Shown here in pieces: positions 10,282 through 19,548 of a DNA stretch of 62,231 bases. This DNA is from Myxococcota bacterium (GTDB taxonomy: Bacteria; Myxococcota_A; UBA796; GCA-2862545). The position numbers and the translations under genes were made by a program. The notes beneath the pieces are model-generated. The model had not been told where the DNA came from. It made no database searches and saw only the letters and a program-made list of their open reading frames with translations. The number at the start of each line of letters is the position of its first letter. The stretch's first letter is position 1. The DNA is taken from assembly GCA_039208735.1 (NCBI GenBank), contig JBCCQY010000045.1:1-62231 (forward strand), in the 5' to 3' direction.

Positions 10282-10605
10282 ATGTCCTGGATGCTTTTGC
10301 TATCGACTATCATCGGTTCGGATGCATATGCGAATGGTACGGTCGTTCCAGAGGTCCTGAACTACAATGGAAGATGGTACATCAAGGATGGCGACTCTTC
10401 TCCTCTGGGCCCCAACACCATCACCACGTATAGAGGAGCCGACGGCACGATTACTCTAAACCAGAATGGCAATGATGGTCATGTCGCTAGCCATAACGAT
10501 GGTGACCAAATTACCAATGTTACGGACGATATCGAGGACGCGCCGCGGGACGATCCCAACGGAGACAACTCCATTCCCAACGGAGATGACCCGCCTCAGG
10601 TCTAG
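10282..10605 (+). CDS. Small secreted Asn/Asp/Gly-rich hypothetical protein, lower GC than its surroundings
   Basis: GGAGG upstream of ATG; signal peptide ending AYA; many A/T-ending codons. Confidence 0.65.
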   Translation: MSWMLLLSTIIGSDAYANGTVVPEVLNYNGRWYIKDGDSSPLGPNTITTYRGADGTITLNQNGNDGHVASHNDGDQITNVTDDIEDAPRDDPNGDNSIPNGDDPPQV

Positions 10606-11012
10606 TTTAGGTCAATCCTCGCGTTTCTGCCAATAGGAAGGAGCGCACGTGTGCCAGTGTCGGCGGTGATGTAGTTGTCCTTCTCACACCGCTGGTCCAC
10701 GCCCTGATTTCCCGACGTCCGAGCCTCGCCGGTGCGATACGCGCCGCTGGGTCGGGCGCGTGGTCCGAAGACATCCAACCAGCGCTCACGCGAGCGGTGC
10801 GTTTACAGCCTGGCCACGACCTGCGCCTGGCTTTGCACATCCATCAACGTCAGACTCAAGTGTTCGAGCGCCTGGGACCACCCCGCTTCTGTGCATTCTC
10901 CGAGCGTACCAAAGTCTCCAGCCTCACGGTATGCTTCCCATCCGACCACTGGCCGGTACAGGCATCTGCACGCATGCGAAACGCGACCTGGCGATTCTTG
11001 GCGTTGTAGGAG

Positions 11013-11085
11013 AGCGGGCGACGAGACTCGAACTCGCGACCACAAGCTTGGGAAGCTTGGACTCTACCAACTGAGCTACACCCGC
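11013..11085 (-). tRNA. tRNA-Gly(CCC), CCA not encoded
   Basis: Reverse complement GCGGGTGTAGCTCAGTTGGTAGAGT-CCAAGC-TTCCCAA-GCTTG-TGGTCGCGAGTTCGAGTCTCGTCGCCCGCT gives a full cloverleaf with a TTCGA T-loop and anticodon CCC. Confidence 0.95.
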
Positions 11086-11255
11086 GGAATTCTAAGCTTA
11101 GCGCATCGCTTGCGTCATGACGACCTCTTTGCAGGATTCCGTTGCGGCCCTTCCCATCCGTGAGCCACCCTCCACTGACCCTCCCAGGCCGTTCAGCACC
11201 GGTGTTCTGCCCCGGTGCTACAACCCGGCGGTTTGGGCCTTTCAAAGGAGCATGC

Positions 11256-12410
11256 ATGCTTTCGCGTTCGGTTCCGTTCCTCGTCCTTCTGATCGGCTGT
11301 GGCAGTCAGGAAGGCGTGGCGCTGCTGGACTACCAGTCGGGTGACGTCTCGGCCCTCATCGAGGTCGTGTCGGAAGGATCGGATGGCAACCGCCGTCCCC
11401 AGGATCTGGCGTTCAACAAGATGGACGAATCCGAGTTGTGGGTGGTCAATCGGACCGAAGATTCGGTCACCATCCACCACGACGTCGATGGCGACATGGA
11501 TGTCGAGCGCATCGTCGACCCCTTCGCGCTCCACTTCATGGAGAAGGTCAGCTCCATCGCCTGGGGCGAAGGCTTGCTGTTTGCCACCTGCCAGGACAGC
11601 CGCAACACCTACAACGGTCAGGCCCAGGCAGACGACTTCACAGGTCCAACCTTGTGGACGGCCGACCCTGAGATCTTCGGCATCACCAACCCCGAAGCGG
11701 TGGAACAACTGACCGAAATCTTCGGTCAGCCGGTGAACCTCGGCTCGCACCTCGACATGCTCCACGAGAGCCCGCAATGCATGGGCATCGAGTGGGACGA
11801 AGCAAACGTGTACTGGGTGTTCGACGGTCTGAACGCCAACATCGTGCGCTACGACTTCGCCGAAGACCACGGCCCGGGCTTCGACGACCATTCCGATGGT
11901 GTGGTGCAACGCCACATGGCGACGGACGTGTCGCGGAAGAACGGGGTGGTCTCGCACCTCGTCATGGACCAGTCGACAAAGCTGCTCTATGTAGCGGACA
12001 CCGGCAACAACCGCATCATGGTGCTCGACACGCGCTCGGGGAGTGAAGGCCAGGCGCTCGAAGGCCCAGGCACGAACGACCCGCAGGAAGATTGTTGGGC
12101 GCCGACGGGTGAATGCGTCGAGCACGTGGCCTGGACGGGTTCGGACTGGACGATGCTCATCGACGGCGACGACCACGACATGGTCAGCCCCGCCGGCATC
12201 GAGCTGGTCGAGAACACGCTGTTCGTGAGCGACGCCGGCACCGGCTTCCTCTACGCGTTTGACCTCGAAGGCAACGAACTCGACCGGGCCTTCACGGGCA
12301 TCACGGAAGAGCAAGGCCTTCAGGGCATCACCGCCCGCGGCACAAACGAGCTGTGGATGGTGAACGCCAAGTCGAACGAAGTGCTCAAGCTCTCGATCGA
12401 CGGCGAATAG
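11256..12410 (+). CDS. Acidic beta-propeller (NHL/YVTN-like) lipoprotein
   Basis: AAGGAG upstream; lipobox LLIGC; blades LWVVN, LYVADTGNNRI, LFVSDAG; His-rich HLDMLHESP and DHGPGFDDH. Confidence 0.75.
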   Translation: MLSRSVPFLVLLIGCGSQEGVALLDYQSGDVSALIEVVSEGSDGNRRPQDLAFNKMDESELWVVNRTEDSVTIHHDVDGDMDVERIVDPFALHFMEKVSSIAWGEGLLFATCQDSRNTYNGQAQADDFTGPTLWTADPEIFGITNPEAVEQLTEIFGQPVNLGSHLDMLHESPQCMGIEWDEANVYWVFDGLNANIVRYDFAEDHGPGFDDHSDGVVQRHMATDVSRKNGVVSHLVMDQSTKLLYVADTGNNRIMVLDTRSGSEGQALEGPGTNDPQEDCWAPTGECVEHVAWTGSDWTMLIDGDDHDMVSPAGIELVENTLFVSDAGTGFLYAFDLEGNELDRAFTGITEEQGLQGITARGTNELWMVNAKSNEVLKLSIDGE

Positions 12411-13620
12411 CCAACAGCAACAGCCCTGGAGTGAGCCACCAGCTCGCTCCGGGCTGCCCGGTGGCGCACCCTGCGCAGCCCCCGGTCTCGGGCGGTGGAG
12501 GAATGACGCCGCCACTATCTTCGACGTACGGGTCGTCAAACCCCCGCAGTCGGGGCTCGAGTTGGGGCCATAACGGCTCACAAATCATGGCGACCTCGGT
12601 GTCGGCCGCACAGTCGAGGGTGCCTAAGATGTCATCGGGGTAGCCCGTGGGCTCGAACGTCCCATCGGCGGTTCGTGTCGACAGCATGGGCCCCGAAAGG
12701 TAGGCCAACTCGGCCAGAACCAGTTCCCCGTCGCGGTTGATGGCCGCGCCGATGCTCGGCGGCAGGGTCCTCTCCTCGAGCGTCTCTCCGTCCAGACGCA
12801 GGGCGCGGTTGCCAAAGTCCATCGGTAACCAAAGTCCATCGCGGGCGACGGCCAGGTCGAGAATCTCGCCCTGATCACTGAAGCGCTTCGTGATGGAGGT
12901 CAGCGCGCGGTCGGCGACGTAGAGCACGTCGGCCCCGAGCGGATCGGCGTTGAGGTACACCGCATCGGCGGTCACCCCGAGCAGGCGCAGCCGCACCCCC
13001 TCGAGCCCGGTGAACGCGAGCGGAGCGGATGCCGTCCAGGTACCCTTGAGGTCGCGATGCCACACCACGCCCGTTGTGCCTGCGGCGTTGCTGCCCGACG
13101 TATAGACCTCGCCGTCGACCACGCGCACCCCGTGGAACACCGTGTCAGACTGGGGAGCGAGGTCTTCGGTCCACGACCGGCCACCGTCGGCGGAGACGTA
13201 GATCCCGTTGGGTCCTGGCGTGGCCGTGACGGCAAACGCCTGGTCGGGATTACCCGGATCAAACCGGGCTTCGGTGACCAATGCACCCTTGGGAAGCCCC
13301 GTCACGGTGTTCCACGCGCACGCATCGGGCGAGTGAAACAGCGTATGGCCGCCCCGTCCTTGCTTGAGGTCGCTGACGCTGGCGAGCCACTCTCCCCGGT
13401 CGCTCTGATCGTATTCGGGAGCAAGCAAGGCTGTGGGCTCGGTGACGGCTTCGTGGCATACCCAGTCGAACGTGCCGTCCGGCTGACCTACCGCCAACCC
13501 AAAGGTCGCTTCGACCGAGAGCGGTGCCTCCTCGCCGGGCGGCACTACGATGTCTGCGCCAGCGATGACGTCGCCCACATGGCCAAAGGCAGGCCCCAGG
13601 GACAGCAGGATCGAGATCAC
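12385..13620 (-). CDS. BNR/WD40-like beta-propeller surface protein with a MYXO-CTERM-like sorting tail
   Basis: GAGGAGG upstream of GTG 13620; Asp-box YVSADGGRSW; C-terminus GGCAGCATG-hydrophobic-RRRSRA. Confidence 0.75.
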   Translation of the reverse strand: MISILLSLGPAFGHVGDVIAGADIVVPPGEEAPLSVEATFGLAVGQPDGTFDWVCHEAVTEPTALLAPEYDQSDRGEWLASVSDLKQGRGGHTLFHSPDACAWNTVTGLPKGALVTEARFDPGNPDQAFAVTATPGPNGIYVSADGGRSWTEDLAPQSDTVFHGVRVVDGEVYTSGSNAAGTTGVVWHRDLKGTWTASAPLAFTGLEGVRLRLLGVTADAVYLNADPLGADVLYVADRALTSITKRFSDQGEILDLAVARDGLWLPMDFGNRALRLDGETLEERTLPPSIGAAINRDGELVLAELAYLSGPMLSTRTADGTFEPTGYPDDILGTLDCAADTEVAMICEPLWPQLEPRLRGFDDPYVEDSGGVIPPPPETGGCAGCATGQPGASWWLTPGLLLLAIRRRSRA

Positions 13621-13680
13621 AGGCGCCTCCTCACCGCGCATATCGTCTGCTAGACGATACAGCGGCGGCCGGAGGCCTGC

Positions 13681-14082
13681 ATGTGGTTGTTGGTCGCACT
13701 CAACGGTTGCTCCATGCCCGAGGCACTCCCGGTCGATAGCGGCATGGAAGACCCCTTTCCCGCCACATTGGTAGGCGATCCGGACGCTGGCGAGGGCACG
13801 TTCGCGCTCCATTGTTCGACGTGTCACGGACCGGCGGGGCGAGGCGGGATCGGTCCAGACCTCGCGACGGCCTCGGTCCCGCTGGACGACTCGGAGATCT
13901 ACGACACGATGGTCGAAGGACGCCCCCGAATGCCCCCGATTCGGCTCACCGACCAAGAAGCCATCGACGTCATCGCCACGTTGCGGCGTTGGTTCACATC
14001 GATGGCTTTGGACCCTCTTCGCTCAACGGAGCCGAAAAGTCGGGTTTCGAGAAGTTCTGGTCGCGCAAGTAGAGGTACATGA
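13681..14082 (+). CDS. Monoheme cytochrome c lipoprotein
   Basis: GGAGG upstream of ATG; lipobox ALNGC; CSTCH heme motif; GPDL; distal MP; 3' end overlaps the convergent gene. Confidence 0.8.
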   Translation: MWLLVALNGCSMPEALPVDSGMEDPFPATLVGDPDAGEGTFALHCSTCHGPAGRGGIGPDLATASVPLDDSEIYDTMVEGRPRMPPIRLTDQEAIDVIATLRRWFTSMALDPLRSTEPKSRVSRSSGRASRGT

Positions 14083-15112
14083 CGGCCATCGAGTCGACGT
14101 CCTTGCCGCTCGTGTTGTTGTAGATGCTGACCAGTTCGTATTCGTGGTCGGCATACATCATGAGGCCTTCGCGACTCTCGTAATGCTCGATGTGTTCAAT
14201 CCCGACCTTGCCCTTGCGTGGGGTCACCTGGGCCTCGAACACGATGCTGTCGGTGGTGAGGTCGCGCAGCGTGAGGCGCTCGGCGAAGGGGTGCAGGTGG
14301 ACCGCGATGTAGTGAGCCGTGGTGTCGTAGGGGAGGCTTAGGAATCGGGTCACGTTGGTTCGGTTGACCTCGCGACCCGGCGGGACGATCCAGTGGGCGG
14401 TGAACTTCTGCCCCAGGGTGTCGTCATCGGAGTCTCCGGCCACCGCAGCCTGACCCACGCTGCATCCAGGTCCCATGGCATCGTGGTCGACCTCGTCTTC
14501 CTTCACGCCGTAGAACCGGGCGTCTCCAAGCGCCTTAAACCCCTCCACGGCACCCTGGAACAACGGCACCATTTCGCCCTGCACTTCGGCGTCGCGCACA
14601 AACAGCACGTCCACCTTGTGGCGCACCGTCAGGTCGGGCTTGTCGATGGTGAGGTTGAGCACCTGGGTCGCCAGCGTGATGGGCAAATCGGAACTCACCG
14701 GAATGCCGAAGCCTTCGGGAAAGTGAATCTCCTGCTGACCCTGCGACAGCGTGAACACCCGCCCCGAGATGGGCGGCGCGTCGGGGAAGCGCTTGTAGTA
14801 GTCCTTGGCTTCAAAGTCCAGGTTTGCGTGACACATGAACTCCTGGGACTTCTCCTTGCGAGTGGCGGCGTCCACGACGGTGGTGCGGTAGCCCACGATC
14901 CAGAGCAGCTCGGGCTTGGCGCCATCGACGAGTTTCACCGGGTCAAAGCCGTAGGGGCCGCGCATCGAGGCGTAGAGCTGATCGATGCGGTAGGGCTCGC
15001 TCACCACGGTCTGGGTGTAGACCGGAGCCTCGGGTGGCGGAGGCGGCTGCCACGTGCCGTCACCGATGGCGTTCCACAGTCCGCAGGCGGCAAGCAACAT
15101 CGTGATGGGCAT
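13994..15112 (-). CDS. Lipoprotein resembling copper type II (PHM/DBH-like) monooxygenases
   Basis: Lipobox LAAC; FPEGFGIP; VHLHP (HxH) and distal SMAVMYLY matching the CuM-site layout. Confidence 0.6.
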   Translation of the reverse strand: MPITMLLAACGLWNAIGDGTWQPPPPPEAPVYTQTVVSEPYRIDQLYASMRGPYGFDPVKLVDGAKPELLWIVGYRTTVVDAATRKEKSQEFMCHANLDFEAKDYYKRFPDAPPISGRVFTLSQGQQEIHFPEGFGIPVSSDLPITLATQVLNLTIDKPDLTVRHKVDVLFVRDAEVQGEMVPLFQGAVEGFKALGDARFYGVKEDEVDHDAMGPGCSVGQAAVAGDSDDDTLGQKFTAHWIVPPGREVNRTNVTRFLSLPYDTTAHYIAVHLHPFAERLTLRDLTTDSIVFEAQVTPRKGKVGIEHIEHYESREGLMMYADHEYELVSIYNNTSGKDVDSMAVMYLYLRDQNFSKPDFSAPLSEEGPKPSM

Positions 15113-15120
15113 CGGTTCTC

Positions 15121-15927
15121 CTACGGGGCCATGCCAAACAAGGCTTCGAAGTTGGCTTCGAGCTGATCAACGACGGCTCCTTCGTCCACGCCCCACTTCT
15201 CGGCCATGACGGCCACGGTCCGGGCGACGTTCGCGGGCTCGTTTAGGGTACCCTTGTCCGGCGAAAGATAAGGGCAATCCGTTTCGAGCAGGATGCGGTC
15301 GCGGGGCAAGGTTTCGACGAGGCGCTGGAAACTCTCAACCCGGGCCACGTTGGCGGGAATGGAAAGCCAGTGGCCGTGCTCCGCAATCTTGCGACCCAGC
15401 TTCACCTTGCTGCCGAAGCAGTGCCAATCTACGCGGGTGGCTCCTTCCTCGGCGAGGACCTCGAGCGCCCGCCGCTCGGCCTTTCGGCTGTGCATGATGA
15501 TGGGCTTGTTGTGGGCCAGCGCAAGCCGGATCAACCGCCGGAAAACCTCTTCCTGCCGTTCCCAAAGTTCTTCGGGCACCCAATAGTGATCGAGGCCCAC
15601 CTCACCAAGGGCCACCGCCTCGGGCAAGTGCGCGTCGAGCCAGTCGATGGCCTCATCGGCGGTCACGGTTTCAGTGCCGTGATGGTCGTACTCGATGCCC
15701 ATCTGTCGCATCTCAGGGAGCACGGCATCGACGGGGTACAGCCCGAACGCTGGTTTCACTTCGGGAACGCGCGACGCCAAGTCGGCGACCTGCTGATTGT
15801 CCGCTGGATTGAGCCCGTTCGTGATGATGGTCGTGACACCGGCCGCGCGGGCTCGGTCGATGACCCCCGCCTCGTCCGCGGCGAGTCGGCGATCCGTGAG
15901 GTGCGCATGTACGTCGAAGAGTCCCAT
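15121..15927 (-). CDS. tatD: TatD-family hydrolase/DNase
   Basis: DVHAHL, GEVGLD, IMHSR, WHCF, LETDCPY. Confidence 0.9.
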   Translation of the reverse strand: MGLFDVHAHLTDRRLAADEAGVIDRARAAGVTTIITNGLNPADNQQVADLASRVPEVKPAFGLYPVDAVLPEMRQMGIEYDHHGTETVTADEAIDWLDAHLPEAVALGEVGLDHYWVPEELWERQEEVFRRLIRLALAHNKPIIMHSRKAERRALEVLAEEGATRVDWHCFGSKVKLGRKIAEHGHWLSIPANVARVESFQRLVETLPRDRILLETDCPYLSPDKGTLNEPANVARTVAVMAEKWGVDEGAVVDQLEANFEALFGMAP

Positions 15928-15970
15928 GCGCGCTCCTTACTCTTTTGGGGTACGGAAGGCTTTCTCGGGT

Positions 15971-16828
15971 TTAGCGAAGTGCGCCTTCCGCTCGAAGTTG
16001 GCCGAAGAGCAGCTCTTCGAGCGGGGTTGCGGTCCAGATGCGAACGTAGGACACGCCAAGCTTGCGACACGCTTCCTCGATTTCATCGGCCCACGCAATC
16101 ATGGTGGCTTCGACACGGTCGAGCATGGCTTCGTCGATGGTGGTGGGGAACTCCTCGCCGGTCTCGGCGTCGACGAGCACCACATCGCCCATGAGGTTGG
16201 GCCGCACATCGGCGGGTGACAACAGATGCAACGCCCAGACTTCGGTGTGGCGGGCGAGCAATCGTCGCAACAAGGGCTCGGGGTCGTTGGCGAACAGGAA
16301 GTCGGTGAACAACAGCGCGGTTCCTGCGCCACGTTGGCGGGGCAGCCGCGCCACAGCCTGGCCGAGGTCGGTAGGGCCCGTGGCTTCGATGGCTTCGAGT
16401 TCCGAGAAGATGGCCGGGGCCTGTCCGCGTCCTCGTCTCGCGGGCCGGTAGCGCACGACCCCATCGGTGAGGCTGGCGGTGCTCACGCGGTCCCCGTGAT
16501 GCAGCGACACCCAGGCAAACGCTGCCGCGAGCTGTTTGGCGGTGGTGAGCTTGTCGCCCCGCATCGAGGCGCTGGCGTCGACCAAGCATTGCACAACCTG
16601 GTCGTCTTCGGCCTCGAACAGCTTGACCCACAGGGTGTCGAGCCGACCGTAGAGGTGCCAATCGAGGTGCCGAAGGTCATCGCCCGGGACGTAGGGCCGA
16701 TGATCGGCGAACTCCTGGGACGTGCCACGGCGGCGCGATGCACGCTGCCCTCCCGACTGGCCAGGGCGCCGCTGGAGGGACACCAACGATAGCGCGGTGA
16801 GCCGGTCGAGGAGCGCCGGATCGATCAT
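15971..16828 (-). CDS. DUF58 domain protein (MoxR partner)
   Basis: EFADHRPYVPGDDLRHLDW; DASASM; ATGA overlap with moxR. Confidence 0.9.
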   Translation of the reverse strand: MIDPALLDRLTALSLVSLQRRPGQSGGQRASRRRGTSQEFADHRPYVPGDDLRHLDWHLYGRLDTLWVKLFEAEDDQVVQCLVDASASMRGDKLTTAKQLAAAFAWVSLHHGDRVSTASLTDGVVRYRPARRGRGQAPAIFSELEAIEATGPTDLGQAVARLPRQRGAGTALLFTDFLFANDPEPLLRRLLARHTEVWALHLLSPADVRPNLMGDVVLVDAETGEEFPTTIDEAMLDRVEATMIAWADEIEEACRKLGVSYVRIWTATPLEELLFGQLRAEGALR

Positions 16829-17829
16829 GTAGGGGAAAGCTCCTTCGCCGCTCGGCCCTCGAGTTCGGGAACCTCGCTAAGCAAGCGCGTGATGAGGTCG
16901 TCGGAGGACAACCCTTCGGCTTCGGCCTCGAACGTTCGTCCAAGCCGATGCCGCAACGCAGGGGCGGCGATGGAACGCACATCGGCGAAGGAGGCGTGGC
17001 TTCGGCCCTGCAGCAACGCTTGGACCTTCGCTCCGAGCACCAACGTCTGGGCCCCGCGCGGTGAGGCGCCGTAGCGCAACAGCTTCGCGACGGGAGCTGC
17101 GAGTTCGTGGCCCGGCTGGGTACCTGCGACGAGCCGCATGGCGTAGCGCACAACCTCGGGCACGATCTCGACCTCACGGACGATGCGCCGCATGTCGGTG
17201 AGGTCGCCCAACGTGGTGACGGACGAAACCTCGGGCCGCTTGGTCCCCGTGGTGCGGTCCATCACCTCCATCAGCTCTTCGAGGGTGGGAAACGGAACCG
17301 CGACCTTGAAGAAAAACCGATCCAGCTGCGCTTCGGGCAGCGGGTAGGTGCCTTCCATCTCAAGTGGGTTTTGCGTGGCCATGACGAAGAACGGGTCGGG
17401 CAAGGGCCGCCGTTGGCCCGCAATGGTCACCTGTCGCTCTTGCATCGCTTCGAGCAGGGCGGACTGGGTCTTGGGGGTGGCGCGATTGATCTCGTCGGCG
17501 AGGAGCACCTGGGTGAACACCGGGCCTTGCTGGAAGCGCAGCTCTCGGCCGCCACCTTTGACCTCTTCGAGGAGGTGTGTTCCAACGATGTCGGCGGGCA
17601 TGAGGTCGGGCGTGAACTGGATGCGCCGATAGTCAAGACCCAAGCAGGTGGCAAGCGTACGAACGAGCAGCGTCTTGCCGAGGCCCGGGACCCCTTCGAG
17701 GAGCACGTGTCCATCCGCAACGAGGCACGTCAGCACGCGCTCGACGACCGTGGACTGACCGACAAGGACGCGGCCAATCTCGGTGCGCAGTCGGTCGAGC
17801 TGCTGCTGGAAGCGTTCAATGTCGCTCAT
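16825..17829 (-). CDS. moxR: MoxR-family AAA+ ATPase
   Basis: GHVLLEGVPGLGKT, RIQFTPDLMPADI, DEINR, ATQNP, LPEAQLDRF. Confidence 0.95.
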   Translation of the reverse strand: MSDIERFQQQLDRLRTEIGRVLVGQSTVVERVLTCLVADGHVLLEGVPGLGKTLLVRTLATCLGLDYRRIQFTPDLMPADIVGTHLLEEVKGGGRELRFQQGPVFTQVLLADEINRATPKTQSALLEAMQERQVTIAGQRRPLPDPFFVMATQNPLEMEGTYPLPEAQLDRFFFKVAVPFPTLEELMEVMDRTTGTKRPEVSSVTTLGDLTDMRRIVREVEIVPEVVRYAMRLVAGTQPGHELAAPVAKLLRYGASPRGAQTLVLGAKVQALLQGRSHASFADVRSIAAPALRHRLGRTFEAEAEGLSSDDLITRLLSEVPELEGRAAKELSPT

Positions 17830-19488
17830 TCAGTCCATCTCCGCGAAATAATCGCGCACGGCGTTTTTGTAAGCGGGAGGAATCGGCTCGGCCTCAATCG
17901 CGGCCGAAGCCGCCTCCCGGTAGGCATCCGGCAGATCGACGCGGCCCACGGTGGCCGACTCTTCGGCGGTGGTCAGTCGGTACTCGAGTTCATCGACCTT
18001 GCCCGATTCGTCGAGCACGCTGTTGGTCCCAGCCACCAGCGGCTTGGCACCTTTGAGGCGCACCGCCTCGTAGAACTTCTCGAAGTCATCGATGTGCTGG
18101 CCATCCTTGCGGTCGGACTGCCGTTCGTCTCCGTTACCGGCCGCCTGGTTTGACCCTTCGTGCTCCCCCTGGTCCTCCCAGGTGTGACCCTGTCCGGCGT
18201 TGGGACCTCCTTTACCCCGGCCCTGGCTCTGACCTCCGCCCGGGCCCCCGTTTTCGCCGGACCCTTCGGTGGCTCCTTCGCCTTCGCCTTCCGTGCCGTC
18301 TCCACCCTGGCCTTCGCCTTGGCTCGACTGGCCCGCGGGGTCACCCTCGCCCAACTGCTGCCGGGCTCCTTCGATGGCACCGGCGAGGCGTTGCGCCCGT
18401 TCGAGGGCCTCGCGGTCTTCGGCCATGCGGCGCCCGGCTTCGCGTGCCTGCTGAAGTTGCTCGGCGAGTTGCTCGGCCTGAGCTGGCGACAGCTCTCCGT
18501 TCGCAGCCGCCTCGCTCGCTTGTTTCAAGGCCTCGCCCGCCCCGGCTACGCCAGGGTCGTTGCTTCCCGAGAGCTGCTCGCCGGCCTGGCGCATCGCATC
18601 GGCGGTCTTTTCGCGGGCCGCGGGGTCGGCACCTAACGCCTCGGCGAGTTCGCGCGCCGCGTCCTGCAGCGCTTCCGGGGTGGCGTCTTGCAGCGCCTCT
18701 TGCAGCGCCTCGGCCCCGGGCACATCGAGCGCCTTCGCGGCCTCTTCGAGCGCATCGAGGGTATCGTCCGCATCCGACATGGACCCTTCCAGGGCCTCGA
18801 TCTGCCTTGCGAGTTCATCGAGTTCGGAGGCGGCTTGTGCCTCGGTGATGGTCTCGCCCTTCATCGCATCGGCCAGTTCCGAGACCTTCCGGTCGATGGC
18901 TTCGGGCCAGGCGGGGGCATCGGGGGGCGGCTCGATCTCGGCCAGACGTTCCTCGAGACGACTCCCCGCATCGGTGAGTGCGGACCGCTGGGTGGACGTC
19001 GTAAACCCCGGCCATACGGTGGCGGGGAGGAATGCGGCGGCAACCGCGAGTGCGAGGAATGCAGGTGTAAGGCGCGCGTTGCGGGGCCAGCGTACAGGGA
19101 GGCGTCGGGTCAGCGCATCGATCGAGACCTCGTCGACGAGCTCCTGGGCTCGGGTATCGCCGCGTTCCGCCCAATGGAGCGCCGTGATGAGGCGTTCCTC
19201 GGTCTTGCCAACCTTGTCGAGAACCAACGCGACGCCGCGCTTATCGACGGAGTGCCGGACGAAACCAAAGAGCGCCCCTAGTCCCGCCCCTACCAAGGGC
19301 GTGCCCAGTGCCATGGCCAAGGCCTGGGGCAAGGGAATGCCCAACAAGGTGCGCGCTGCGGCGACGAGCCCGATGCTCACCACCGACCCGGCGAGTCCCC
19401 CGATCGCAGCCCTTCGCCATGTGGCCCGGGTTCGAAGTCGGCGACGACCCGCCGAAAGCCACCGCGACAACCGTTCGTGTTCCGCCAT
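17830..19488 (-). CDS. Membrane-anchored coiled-coil protein with a Gly/Gln-rich tail (MoxR operon)
   Basis: N-terminal TM segments; AEL-rich coiled coil; C-terminal IPPAYKNAVRDYF; abuts moxR. Confidence 0.75.
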   Translation of the reverse strand: MAEHERLSRWLSAGRRRLRTRATWRRAAIGGLAGSVVSIGLVAAARTLLGIPLPQALAMALGTPLVGAGLGALFGFVRHSVDKRGVALVLDKVGKTEERLITALHWAERGDTRAQELVDEVSIDALTRRLPVRWPRNARLTPAFLALAVAAAFLPATVWPGFTTSTQRSALTDAGSRLEERLAEIEPPPDAPAWPEAIDRKVSELADAMKGETITEAQAASELDELARQIEALEGSMSDADDTLDALEEAAKALDVPGAEALQEALQDATPEALQDAARELAEALGADPAAREKTADAMRQAGEQLSGSNDPGVAGAGEALKQASEAAANGELSPAQAEQLAEQLQQAREAGRRMAEDREALERAQRLAGAIEGARQQLGEGDPAGQSSQGEGQGGDGTEGEGEGATEGSGENGGPGGGQSQGRGKGGPNAGQGHTWEDQGEHEGSNQAAGNGDERQSDRKDGQHIDDFEKFYEAVRLKGAKPLVAGTNSVLDESGKVDELEYRLTTAEESATVGRVDLPDAYREAASAAIEAEPIPPAYKNAVRDYFAEMD

Positions 19489-19548
19489 GCCCCCAGGTAT
19501 CACTCGTGGGGCGGCGAGCCCCGCGATAGGCGGCGCTATGGAGGATGC

